64,000 nt of DNA from an uncultured Parabacteroides sp. (GTDB lineage: Bacteria > Bacteroidota > Bacteroidia > Bacteroidales > Tannerellaceae): contig CALUZR010000012.1 of assembly GCA_944325335.1 (NCBI GenBank), positions 5,860 to 69,859 on the forward strand, in the 5' to 3' direction. The stretch's first letter is position 1; the number at the start of each line of letters is the position of its first letter. The position numbers and the translations under genes are program-made. The notes under the pieces were generated by a model, which ran no database searches, had not been told where the DNA came from, and worked only from the letters and a program-made list of their open reading frames with translations. Shown here piece by piece: positions 46,682 through 56,900 of this stretch.

Positions 46682-46734
46682 AGCTTGTTTGAGATTAATT
46701 CTATTAATTGTATAACTTCTTAAATTACAACATT

Positions 46735-47487
46735 ATGCCGATTTTCAAGGCCGTATACAAAAAGATGTCAAAGCTGTGGTATCCACAGGCGGTGACGATC
46801 GGTTCGCCCGTTTCGATGGACGAATTGTGTAAGCAAATCGCCATGATGACGACGGTCAGCACGCCGGATGCAAAGGCGGCGATCGAAGCTATGGGCATGG
46901 TGATGGGCGGTTTTATGAACTCGGGCCGTAGCGTACAAGTCGACGGGCTGGATACCTTCTATTATACTTGTACTTCTAAAGGACAAGGTGTGAGTACTGC
47001 TGACGAGGTGAGCGCGAAGCAAATCGCAGGCACGCGCGTTCGTTTTGTTCCCGAATCAAGCCGGAAGGGTAACACGATAAAACGCACTTTGATTAGCGAA
47101 GATTTGGTATGGACAAATATTAAGGAGATTAGCACGCTGGACGGTACGGGCGTTACTTCGAGCTTTACCGGCATCACGTGTGGCGCGACGGGACAGACGA
47201 ACGGGCACCTGAAGCGCGGCGCCATCGCTTTTGCCAATGGTAATGGCATTGAATGCAAGGACGCGACGGGCGAAGGGTTTGGCAAGGGCTATTTGCGGAA
47301 CGAGTTTGAGGTGGACGAGGAACTTGAAATCAGGTTGTCGACCAACGATTCGCTGGTTTTCGTCGTGCCCATCGATTTGGCAGAGGGCAACTATACGCTC
47401 CGCATCGAAACGTATATCGGTACGAACGGCAAGTTGCAAACCGAACCGCGCACCATCGAGTACCCAAGTCCTTTGGTATTAGAATAA
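46735..47487 (+). CDS. HU-like DNA-binding domain protein with a C-terminal DUF4469-type Ig-like module
   Basis: Start at MPIFKAVYKK (typical HU-like N-terminus), chosen over the TTG at 46708. The C-terminus LAEGNYTLRIETY matches the 8892..10016 protein. Confidence 0.85.
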   Translation: MPIFKAVYKKMSKLWYPQAVTIGSPVSMDELCKQIAMMTTVSTPDAKAAIEAMGMVMGGFMNSGRSVQVDGLDTFYYTCTSKGQGVSTADEVSAKQIAGTRVRFVPESSRKGNTIKRTLISEDLVWTNIKEISTLDGTGVTSSFTGITCGATGQTNGHLKRGAIAFANGNGIECKDATGEGFGKGYLRNEFEVDEELEIRLSTNDSLVFVVPIDLAEGNYTLRIETYIGTNGKLQTEPRTIEYPSPLVLE

Positions 47488-47651
47488 ATATAGATTTAAA
47501 GATAGATATCTACCTAAAAAGGCCGCAGGGATGCGCCCGAGTGGATTTTGTACAGTTACCATACTTCAAACGATTGGACATCTTCTCCGGTTCTTTTCTT
47601 TATTTCATCCTTCATTTCTTGTTGGATGGATTCGATAAGTTCCTTTCTGTG

Positions 47652-48914
47652 CTACAGGTATTCTTTCCATTTCCTTATCCAATCTTCCCGTTTTGCCTCT
47701 TGCGCGTCTTGCATTTTTACCAAAATATAAGCCCAATAACCCGTCTCTGCGTGAACGGGGCAGAGGTTCAGGTAACCCTGCGTGATGCGTTGGCCTTGGA
47801 GCTGGAGGGGATGGCGTTGGCACATCTCGCGATGCCGCGCAAGGGCTTCGCCGGGCTCTTTGTGGAAAGAGAGGGAGAAAACACCCTGTGTCGCAGGGGC
47901 CAGGTAGTGTTCCGAGAGATGGAGGGCCAGGCCGCCCATCGTCTGCCGCATGTTGATTTCCACGCAGGGATGGATGCGGAGCGGAGCTGCTGCCGCCGGG
48001 CGATAGAGGAACATATCCACGCCAAGCGGACCTTGATAGGCGGTGCCATAGAGGGAGGCAAGCACTTGGCATACCGCCTCTTTCGTCCGCTCGAAAGCCG
48101 GGAGGCTGATATATGCCTCCAATTGCTGGAGGCGATAGGCCTCCGTCCCCAAGAGATTACCTGAATAGGCGCCCGTGCGTACGGTCTGAAACAGCGAGAG
48201 GCCGCGATAGGCCACTTGCCCTTTCCCGTCGGAATAAAATTCCATCGCGAAGTCTTTTACCTTATCATAGAGGGGCTCGATGCTCACCGCGCCCTGTTTC
48301 CGGATGACGGCTGCCGCCCATTGTTGCTTTTTCTCGTCCCATCCGGTGGCCGGGAAGGACAACAGGCCGCGGCCGGACGAAGAGAAGGGTGCTTTCAGCA
48401 GGAATGTCCCCTGCTTACCGTCGAGCCAATGGTTGAGGGCGTCGAGCGACGTGGCAAAGAAGGGAAGCGAGGGCAGTTCCTCCGGAGGCAATAACGCATG
48501 AAGGGACGCCAACGCCTGGCGTGCCGTCTCCCGGCTGGCCAACCGGCGATAGGTCTCCGTCCACACGGGTACCTCGAGGGGCAAGCGGTATTGCTTGGCC
48601 ATGCGTTCGAACTGGGCCAACACGTTCGGCGCCAGTCCCCAAGGCGCTGCTACGAAACGCGGCTCGGAAAAGAGCCGGCGCGGAGAGGCCAGGCGGGGCA
48701 AATGGGGAAACAGTTCCCTCATGCGCTCCGCGTAGGTCTCGTCTGCCGGTGATTCGGCCCAGACGACATCTTCGGAATTTCCGTACCAGAGCGGGAGGCA
48801 AGCCAATTCCATCCCCATGCGGCGCACAGAAAAAGCCGGCGTATAATTGCGCCGGCTGATACCTATCGCCTCCTCGTTTCCCGGATTGAAATAGATAAAA
48901 GAAGCGGGTGGCAT
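47652..48914 (-). CDS. Conserved hypothetical protein, possibly ATP-grasp-like
   Basis: 420-aa ORF that directly abuts the DUF349 stop (operon). The block LLKAPFSSSGRGL suggests an ATP-grasp fold. The product call is weak. Confidence 0.7.
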   Translation of the reverse strand: MPPASFIYFNPGNEEAIGISRRNYTPAFSVRRMGMELACLPLWYGNSEDVVWAESPADETYAERMRELFPHLPRLASPRRLFSEPRFVAAPWGLAPNVLAQFERMAKQYRLPLEVPVWTETYRRLASRETARQALASLHALLPPEELPSLPFFATSLDALNHWLDGKQGTFLLKAPFSSSGRGLLSFPATGWDEKKQQWAAAVIRKQGAVSIEPLYDKVKDFAMEFYSDGKGQVAYRGLSLFQTVRTGAYSGNLLGTEAYRLQQLEAYISLPAFERTKEAVCQVLASLYGTAYQGPLGVDMFLYRPAAAAPLRIHPCVEINMRQTMGGLALHLSEHYLAPATQGVFSLSFHKEPGEALARHREMCQRHPLQLQGQRITQGYLNLCPVHAETGYWAYILVKMQDAQEAKREDWIRKWKEYL

Positions 48915-50756
48915 TTATTCTAAGTTTTCATCAATGGCTTCGATCTTTTGCACGATCAGGTTCATCTCTTCGCGCAAGGTCGCGATCTTGCGTTCCAATT
49001 CTTTGACGAGCCCGCCTCCACCTTTTGAAGCGACACTCAAGAACCCGATATTGTTCTCGTAAGTTTGGAGCTCGTTCTTCATCCGTTCGTAGTTGCGCAT
49101 CAGTTTCTCGCGCTCGGTATACAATTTGCCTTTGCCCTTGCCCGCCATTTCGCTGAGGTTCGAGCGGAACGAACGGATCCGGCGGTCCTGACGGTCCACC
49201 TTCAAGCGGTCGAACTGCGCGTCGATGGCCGTATGGAACGCGTTGTATATTTTGTCTTTCTCTTTGAACGGGACGAAACCGATGGTGTTCCATTCCGCCA
49301 TGTACTCTTTCAAGAGGTTGATGGCCTCGTCCGGGTCGAGCGATTCGTCGAGCGACTTCACCTTTTCGATCAGTTCCTTCTTGGCTTTGAGATTCTCTTG
49401 CTCTTCGTTTTTCTGCGAGGCGAAAGCCTTCTCCTTTTGCTCGAAGAAATAATCGCACGCGGTGATGAAGCGTTTCCAGATGGCATCGGAATGGCGGAAC
49501 TGTACTTGCCCGACAGCCTTCCATTCTTTCTGCAGCTCTACGAATTTGTCGGTCGTCTCTTTCCAATCCGTACTATCTTTCATGGCTTCCGCCCGTTCGC
49601 AGAGTTTCCGTTTCTTCTCGAGGTTCTTTTCCATTTCCGCTTTCATGGTCTTGTAGAACTCGATTTTCTTCTTAAAGAAGATATCGCATGCGGAGCGGAA
49701 ACGTTCGAATATCTTGGTGTTGTATTTCTTCGGCGTGAAACCGATGGTGCGCCAACGCTTTTGCAACTCAATCACCTCTGTATTCTTTTTATCCCAATCT
49801 TTGAAAGTCTTGAGCTTCGTATAATCGATGGCCTCCACCTGTTCGCAGATAGCGGTCTTGGCCACCAGGTTGTCTTGCTCTTTCGCCTTCATGTCTTCGA
49901 AATATTGCTGGTGGCGCTTATTGATGACGGTCGAGGCCGCTTTGAAGCGAGCCCATAAATCCTCGCGCAAATCCTTGGCCACCGGACCAATCTCGCGCCA
50001 TTGCTGGTGCAGTTTCTGAAGTTGGTGGAAAGCCGAAATCACATCCGGTTCGTTTTCGAGCTTCTCTACGGTTTCGCAAAGCGCGGTCTTCAATTCGAGG
50101 TTCTTCTTGAAGTCGTAATCGCGGAACTGATTGTTTATCTTAATCAAATCGTAGAATTGCTCGCTGTACGTCTGGTATTCGTGCCAAAGTTCGTTGGCAT
50201 GTTCTTCGGGTACCTGTTTGATCTCTTTCCATTTTTGTTGGATAGCCTTGAACTCGTTGTAGAGTTTGTTGAAGTCTTCCTGGCTGGCACAGAGCGCCTT
50301 CAGCTGGTCGATGAGTTGGAGTTTCAGCGTATAGTTCGCCTCCTTTTGTTTCTCCTCTTCGGCAAGCAGGGCGGCCTTTTTCTCCTTATAGATGGCCAGC
50401 AAGTCCTTCAGTTCGGCTTCCGAAGTATCTTCCGGAATTGCAAAATCCTCTTCTGCGCCACCCTGGCTGAGGAACGCGTTCTTTTGCGCTTCGACCTCGT
50501 TATGGCGAATCTTATAGTAAGCCTGTTTGAGCGACTCGACTTCGCTGCGCACGTTTTCCACCGGCGCTTCGACAAGCGACTTCAACCGACTTAGGATTTC
50601 GTCTTTGGTTAATTTACCCGCAGATTCTACCTCTGCCTCGTTTGTTTCCGTAGCTACCTCCGCCGCTTGTGGGGTGGCCGTTGCTACTTGTTCTTTAGTT
50701 TCGTTCAATTCGACGGTATTTTCGCCCGTCAAATTCGTTTCAAGAGTGTCCTTCAT
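48915..50756 (-). CDS. DUF349 repeat protein
   Basis: 613-aa ORF with repeated W.(E/T)IG(P/F)(V/T)P..-type helical repeats. Highly charged. Confidence 0.85.
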   Translation of the reverse strand: MKDTLETNLTGENTVELNETKEQVATATPQAAEVATETNEAEVESAGKLTKDEILSRLKSLVEAPVENVRSEVESLKQAYYKIRHNEVEAQKNAFLSQGGAEEDFAIPEDTSEAELKDLLAIYKEKKAALLAEEEKQKEANYTLKLQLIDQLKALCASQEDFNKLYNEFKAIQQKWKEIKQVPEEHANELWHEYQTYSEQFYDLIKINNQFRDYDFKKNLELKTALCETVEKLENEPDVISAFHQLQKLHQQWREIGPVAKDLREDLWARFKAASTVINKRHQQYFEDMKAKEQDNLVAKTAICEQVEAIDYTKLKTFKDWDKKNTEVIELQKRWRTIGFTPKKYNTKIFERFRSACDIFFKKKIEFYKTMKAEMEKNLEKKRKLCERAEAMKDSTDWKETTDKFVELQKEWKAVGQVQFRHSDAIWKRFITACDYFFEQKEKAFASQKNEEQENLKAKKELIEKVKSLDESLDPDEAINLLKEYMAEWNTIGFVPFKEKDKIYNAFHTAIDAQFDRLKVDRQDRRIRSFRSNLSEMAGKGKGKLYTEREKLMRNYERMKNELQTYENNIGFLSVASKGGGGLVKELERKIATLREEMNLIVQKIEAIDENLE

Positions 50757-50899
50757 ACTTTATCGTTTTAGAGAGGATTGTTACATTTCCTGTTCTTGCT
50801 TTCAAATCAAATACAAATTAAGCTAAATAATTTTTTATAACCATACATTTGGCCGTTTTTTTTCGTAAAAATCGCTAAAGGAGAACAAGCGTCTTTCTG

Positions 50900-50984
50900 A
50901 AAAATACAGAGACACGGAGGCGTGGAGCTTTTTATTTGATTGATTCTCAAATCAAATCCTCCGCATCTCCGTGCCTCCGTGTTC
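50900..50984 (-). terminator. Long imperfect hairpin plus U-run after the phosphoesterase gene
   Basis: On the minus strand, GAACACGGAGGCACGGAG pairs with CTCCACGCCTCCGTGTCTC (two mismatches), then TGTATTTTT. Confidence 0.5.
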
Positions 50985-50986
50985 AA

Positions 50987-52192
50987 TTACAACTCAAGCT
51001 TCAATTTTTCGCTTCCATCCGTCGCGAGGACTTGGAGCGTGAGCTGCTCTCCCTGCTTCCTGAGTACCATCATGTAGGCATCTTCCGGTTTATAGCCGCC
51101 TCCAATCACGACGGGGAAAGGATTCCCCGCTTCCTGTGCCGGATAATAGGTGAAATGATGCCAGTGGGCATTCAGGGATACATCGAACGGCGCGCTTTGG
51201 AGGAGCGGGTTCCAGAGGTCGAAGCACGGATTGTAATGCACCTTCCGCGTGCTATAAATCGGAATGTGATGCACCAAAATATGCCGTTGGGCCGATTTGA
51301 ACGCTTCGCTTGCCAGCTCTTCCTTTAGGAAATCCACCTGGTCTTTGCGGAATTGTTCGAAATCGTTCAACCCGTAATACACCCACGTGCTATCCGGCTT
51401 ATCCTCCCCGCAATCGAGCGTCACGAAGCGCGTATCGCCCCACGAGAAAGCTCCGTAGGTCGTTTCGTCTATATAATCGAACAACTGGCGCATCTCGATG
51501 GAATACGCGCCGCGGATTTCATGATTCCCACGCAGGAAGAAGCAAGGCTTATCGGACGCATCCGCCAACGCATTGAGGTGGTTCAGGATTTCAATCGCGC
51601 GTGCCTCTTCGTCTACATCGTCGATGCAATCGCCATTAAAGATGACAAAATCATACGCGATACCTTGCTTTTGAATCACATCGGCAAACAAATCCATGGT
51701 CTTGAACTGGCTATGCAAGTCGTTGAAAAGAAGCGCCGTGAAATCGGTCGTCTCTTTCGTGGGCAACGTAAAGGTATGCACGTCTGAGTAAGCCGTATTT
51801 CCAAATTCTTTCTTATAAGGTTGATAGAGGGTGATTTCGCGCGAACAAACACGATAGCTATACGTCTCGCCCGCCTCCAGCCCGTCCAAACGGAAATGAT
51901 GCCGCGTGTTGTTGCAGATCATCTGTCCGTCTGCATACAAGTATTTCTTTTGGTCCAGTTTCCCGTCTTTCCCATATTCGACCCACGCCACCACCGGCAC
52001 GTTCGTCTCCCAACAAATGGTAATTTCATCGCCTATCGGGCGTTGCAAATAGGGTTGCGTACGGAATATTTGCTCCACCGGCGTAACCGTTTGTTCTTTT
52101 TTTACCTCCTCCGCTCCGGTTTGGGCGGATACGCACATCGGGCTAAGCATCCACAAAGCCACGACCATTCCAATCCAATAACGTGTTTTCAT
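50987..52192 (-). CDS. Metallophosphoesterase, purple-acid-phosphatase-like, secreted
   Basis: 401-aa ORF with a signal peptide. PAP N-domain start (TQPYLQRP) and calcineurin-like motifs (GDCIDD, LRGNHE). Confidence 0.85.
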   Translation of the reverse strand: MKTRYWIGMVVALWMLSPMCVSAQTGAEEVKKEQTVTPVEQIFRTQPYLQRPIGDEITICWETNVPVVAWVEYGKDGKLDQKKYLYADGQMICNNTRHHFRLDGLEAGETYSYRVCSREITLYQPYKKEFGNTAYSDVHTFTLPTKETTDFTALLFNDLHSQFKTMDLFADVIQKQGIAYDFVIFNGDCIDDVDEEARAIEILNHLNALADASDKPCFFLRGNHEIRGAYSIEMRQLFDYIDETTYGAFSWGDTRFVTLDCGEDKPDSTWVYYGLNDFEQFRKDQVDFLKEELASEAFKSAQRHILVHHIPIYSTRKVHYNPCFDLWNPLLQSAPFDVSLNAHWHHFTYYPAQEAGNPFPVVIGGGYKPEDAYMMVLRKQGEQLTLQVLATDGSEKLKLEL

Positions 52193-52435
52193 CTCCTATT
52201 ATATATAATGTATATTCATTCCGTCCACACGAACGGACGGACAAATATAGCAAATTATTTCCTTTCTTCCCATCATCCGCCCCAAAGCACGCCTTCTTTT
52301 CCGGAGAACATAGGCATGATCGGCGGCGATTATCGTTATCTTTTGGGGAGGTTATAGGCATAAACGAAAGAAGCGATAAAGGGGACATGTGCCCCTTTTC
52401 CGCTCCCATATAGATGATTCAAATAGAACAAATAA

Positions 52436-53929
52436 TTAGTACCCTGGATTCTGCTCTAACTTCTTGTTGTTGTTCATTTCGCTCGTCGGAATAGGGAATA
52501 ATAATTCCTTCTCGCTCAACGACGGGCCATAGGTGAATTTATGTCCTACGAAATCATCAAAACCGCCTGTTGTCAAGTTCAATACTTTGCGTGTACGCAC
52601 CATGTCAAACCAAATCTTATTCTCAAAAGCCAATTCATGATAGCGTTCTTTCCAAACAGCTTCGCGGAATTGATTTTGCGATAAGCCAGCCAATGGTTGT
52701 AAATTAGCACGCTGGCGAATTTGATTGACTGCATTATATGCACTTTCCGATGGTGCCCCTTCCGCTTCATTAGCCGCTTCAGCATAAAGCAATAAGACGT
52801 CTGCATAGCGAAGGAGTGGCCAGTTCAAGCTACTTTGCGCCGTATTCTCTTGCGCGTCAACATCAAACATCTTAAATATAAAATGGCTTGGGAATGTAAC
52901 CACCTGCGAACGATCATTATTTGAAGTATAGCTTGTGTAATAGAATTGATGGTCTTCCGTACGTTTATCACCTTCTTCGTATGAGTCGATAAACTCTTGA
53001 AGCGCATAAATAGAGCCTGTCTCAGTTGAGTATGCCGAGATGTCCATATTGAAAGGACAATAGAGGTACTGCCATCCATTCGCCGTTACGCCTGCTTGGT
53101 ATTGGATCATAAACATGTGTTCACCTTGATTTTCATAGGCTACGTCATGGAGTTTATCATACGAATCAAAAAGACTATACGTACCATTGTCTATTACCTC
53201 TTTGGATTTGGATGCAGCAAGTTGATAGTACTCGTTGCCACGCTGAAGTGGATAACCAGCCATTGTCATGTACACTTGGGCTAACAAAGATTTTACTACA
53301 CCCATTGTTACGCGACCGCTGGCATCATCCCATGGCAAACCACTATTCTCTGCGGCTTGCAAGTCTGACACGATTTGGTTATAAACCTCTTCCACAGAAG
53401 CCTGAGAAGGATAAAGTTCCTCTGAAGAGGCATCTACCGGATTCAGAATCAGAGGAACTGCTCCGAAAATACGTACCAGATTGAAATAGTTATAGGCACG
53501 AAGCGCATACGCTTCACCTAAGCATCGGTTCTTTGCACTTTCTTCCATTTCATCAATAGTCGGGATATGGGCAATGGCCAAATTTGCATTTGCAATAGCC
53601 CGATACGGACGGTTCCACCACGAACGGCTATATTCATTATCCGAGTCGTTGGTGCAATTCCGGATTTTATTGATTTGCTGGTTCTGTCCTACATACGTAC
53701 CAGCCAATCCCGTGGCAAAGTCTGTCATGAAGTACGGATTACCTCCATAATCATTATTTGCGGACATCTGCAAATCATAATAGATCGCATTCACGACAGA
53801 TTGTGCATGCTCTTCCGTCTGGAAATAATTTTCCTGTGTAAAATTAGACGGATCGGACTCATCCAAAAAATTTGTACAACTGCCCAATAAAACCAATGAT
53901 ACAACGGGCAATATATATTTTATTCTCAT
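52436..53929 (-). CDS. susD: SusD/RagB-family nutrient-binding outer-membrane lipoprotein
   Basis: Start at MRIKYILPVVSLVLLGSC (lipobox), chosen over the upstream ATG at 53983, which would overlap susC. Confidence 0.9.
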   Translation of the reverse strand: MRIKYILPVVSLVLLGSCTNFLDESDPSNFTQENYFQTEEHAQSVVNAIYYDLQMSANNDYGGNPYFMTDFATGLAGTYVGQNQQINKIRNCTNDSDNEYSRSWWNRPYRAIANANLAIAHIPTIDEMEESAKNRCLGEAYALRAYNYFNLVRIFGAVPLILNPVDASSEELYPSQASVEEVYNQIVSDLQAAENSGLPWDDASGRVTMGVVKSLLAQVYMTMAGYPLQRGNEYYQLAASKSKEVIDNGTYSLFDSYDKLHDVAYENQGEHMFMIQYQAGVTANGWQYLYCPFNMDISAYSTETGSIYALQEFIDSYEEGDKRTEDHQFYYTSYTSNNDRSQVVTFPSHFIFKMFDVDAQENTAQSSLNWPLLRYADVLLLYAEAANEAEGAPSESAYNAVNQIRQRANLQPLAGLSQNQFREAVWKERYHELAFENKIWFDMVRTRKVLNLTTGGFDDFVGHKFTYGPSLSEKELLFPIPTSEMNNNKKLEQNPGY

Positions 53930-53969
53930 AATTGTTCGATTTAAATAATTAGAATTAAGCTTTAACTGA

Positions 53970-56900
53970 TTAGAATGTAACATTCAGACCGATAGTAAAC
54001 GTGCGGGGCTTTGGATAGCCAAACACCGTAATGCCTTGCGCAAAAGTTTCGGTTGCATCCGAAACCTCAGGATCATAACCAGAATATTTCGTTATCAAGA
54101 AGAAGTTTTGCACACTGGCATAAACCCGTAAATGCTTTAAGTGGATCTTCTGGATCATTTCGCGTGGAAATGTGTATCCCAACACAATGTTTTTACCTCG
54201 CAAAAACGAACCGTCTTCCACAAAGTGCGAATCAATATTGGTTGTATAACCGGCGCCTGTTGGGCGGATCTGGGCAATCATGGTGTTTTGATTTTCGGGT
54301 GTCCATGCGTCCAATACGGTTGCATAACTATTGGCAATACCCGTACGGTCTTCTGCGGTATGCTTGGAGATGTCTAACACATCATTCCCGAACGAATACT
54401 GCAAATCTACAACCAAATCGAAGTTCTTGTAGCGGAATGTATTCGAGAATGTTCCATAACCATCTGGAATTCCTTTACCGATAATCGTTCGGTCAAGGTC
54501 ATTTATTTGTCCGTCATTGTTGCGGTCCTCTAATTTCAAATCTCCTGGGAGCGCGCCATAGCGGGCTGCCTCCTCCGCCTCATGAGTACCCCATGTACCT
54601 AAGCGGACATAGCCATAGAATGAACCAACAGGTTCTCCGACACGGATGATATTATTACTTGCCGACAAAATATCAGGTCCGGGGAAGATGTCATCATTTC
54701 CTTCACCTAAAGCTAATACTTTGTTCTTGTTGAATGAGATGTTAAACGTCGATTCCCAGCTGAAGTCGCGTGTGCTAATGTTTATTGTATTAATGGAGAA
54801 CTCTATACCTTTGTTTTCCATGCTTCCGATATTACTAATGATAGACGTGTAGCCACTGGAAGCAGGTACAGGCGCATCCAGCAACATGTCGGTCGTTTTC
54901 TTATAATACCAATCGAATTCCATATTCACACGGCTATCGAACAAACCGATATCAAGTCCTGCGTTCACTTGAGAAGTCTTTTCCCATTTTAATTCAGGAT
55001 TAGCTAATGTCGATACACCGATACCTGTAGCTTTTGAGTCACTGAATACTAAGGTGTAGTTTCCTAAGGCTCCTTGTGACGCATAAGCATCTGTCTCCGA
55101 GTTCCCGGTCAAACCCCAACTGGCACGTAATTTCAAGTTCGAGAATACCGATGAAACATTTTCCATAAATTTCTCTTGCGAGATACGCCAGGCGGCTCCT
55201 ACGGACGGGAAAAAGGCATATCGGTTCGACGAACCAAATTTCGACGACCCATCAGCACGTGCCGTAGCAGTCAGCAAATAGCGATCATCATATCCGTAGT
55301 TCACACGGGCGAAATAGGAGTTCAATCCGTATGCATTTGCCGCCGATGAGATCTGGGGCGAGGTAGCTACGCCTAAATTGTTGTACTGGAAGTAGTCGTC
55401 TTCGAATCCGGTTCCATACGCAGTCGACGACGAATTGTCTACATGTTGCCACGAAATTCCGGCCATTGCCGTCAGTGAATGTTTATTCGCAAAATCTTTA
55501 GAATAGGTCAAATAATTCTCGAATTGCCAGGAATTATTCCGATTGTTATAGACTTCGCCCACGCCGTTAGGTGATGAAATCCAAACGAGGTCTCGTCCAG
55601 CATAGTAGCTCAATCTTTGGTTAATAATATTTGCCCCGATCGACGAACGAAGTGTTAAACCTGGCAAAAAGGTTATCTCTGCATACGCATTACCTAACAT
55701 ATTTTGCGTTTCCAAGCGGTTGTTCCGGTCCGTAGCAACTTGCACTGGACTATTACCTCCTTCCATGCCCGGATAGTCGGCGTTTCCACCCCAAGTCCCA
55801 TCTGGATAGCGCAATGGGATAATGGGTAATTCTTCGATTATCTGGCGTCCTACCGTAATACCTCCATCGCTCATCGAGTCCGTCTGGCGTTCTGCCTGAT
55901 AGGTATAATTCAAACTACCTCCAACCTTCAGCCATTTATTCACCTGGCTGTCGATGAAGAAGCGTCCGGAGTAGCGTTTTAACCAGGATTCTACAATCAA
56001 GCCATTTTCCCCGCGGAACCCAACTGATAATCCATAATTGTTCTTCCCGTCTGAATTGGACACTGAGATTTGATGTGTTTGCGAGAACGCATTGCGTATA
56101 GCCTCATCTTGCCAATCCGTATCGTATAATGGCTTGCCATTTGAGTCAAACAGTCGTGGGTCTGTCCGTTTCAATTTCGGGTCAGTATAGTTTCCAGCCG
56201 CCCATCCTTCAGGGTCGAACTTCGCGGCATTCTGGTAGGCTAAATCTTCAGTTGCCAGAAACTGCTCTGCATTCAGTACGTCCAACTTTTTAGGTAACAC
56301 ACCTACACCGAAGTCTGTCGAATAAGAAACCGAAGGTCCCCTACCTTCTGCGCGTTTGGTCTGGATTAAAATGACGCCGTTTGCGCCGCGGGCTCCATAA
56401 ATCGCCGTAGCTGAGGCATCCTTCAATACCTCAACAGACTCGATGTCCGCTGGATTCAAATAATCAATCGGCGAAGTTCCATTTTGCAAAGTGGCTACGT
56501 TCAGTATAACTCCATCTACTACATATAACGGGTCATTCGTCACACTGATGGATGAATTACCACGGATTCGGATCGAAGTACGTCCACCCGGGCGTCCAGA
56601 ATTGGTCGAAATACTTACACCGGATACGCGTCCTGAGAGGGCTTGCCCAAATGAAGTCACTGTCCGTTGTCCCAGCACCTCATCCTTTACCGAAGCCGAA
56701 GATCCTGTCAAATCGCTCTTTTTCATCGTACCATAACCTACGACAACCAGTTCGTCCAAGCGTTGGGTATCTTCGTGCAGTTGAATGTTGAACGTCGTCT
56801 CGTTTCCTACTGGAATTTCTTTTGTGTGGTATCCAATGTACGAAACCTGCAAAGATGCGCCTTCTGGTACTTCCAGGGCGAACCGGCCATTCATATCTGT

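Noticed and set aside
45609-46734. The chromosomal replication origin (oriC) lying in this region or in the parA upstream region (30952..31335).
   Set aside because: I found no cluster of DnaA boxes (TTATCCACA / TGTGGATAA). There is only a single one-mismatch TTATCCAGA at about 46127. dnaA and dnaN are not in the window. This cannot be excluded without GC-skew or marker-frequency data, so it is mentioned only as an alternative in the findings.
47541-48164. 207-aa plus-strand ORF downstream of the HU-like gene.
   Set aside because: It lies almost entirely antisense to the 420-aa conserved gene 47652..48914, starts with a non-ATG codon, and has a low-complexity translation.
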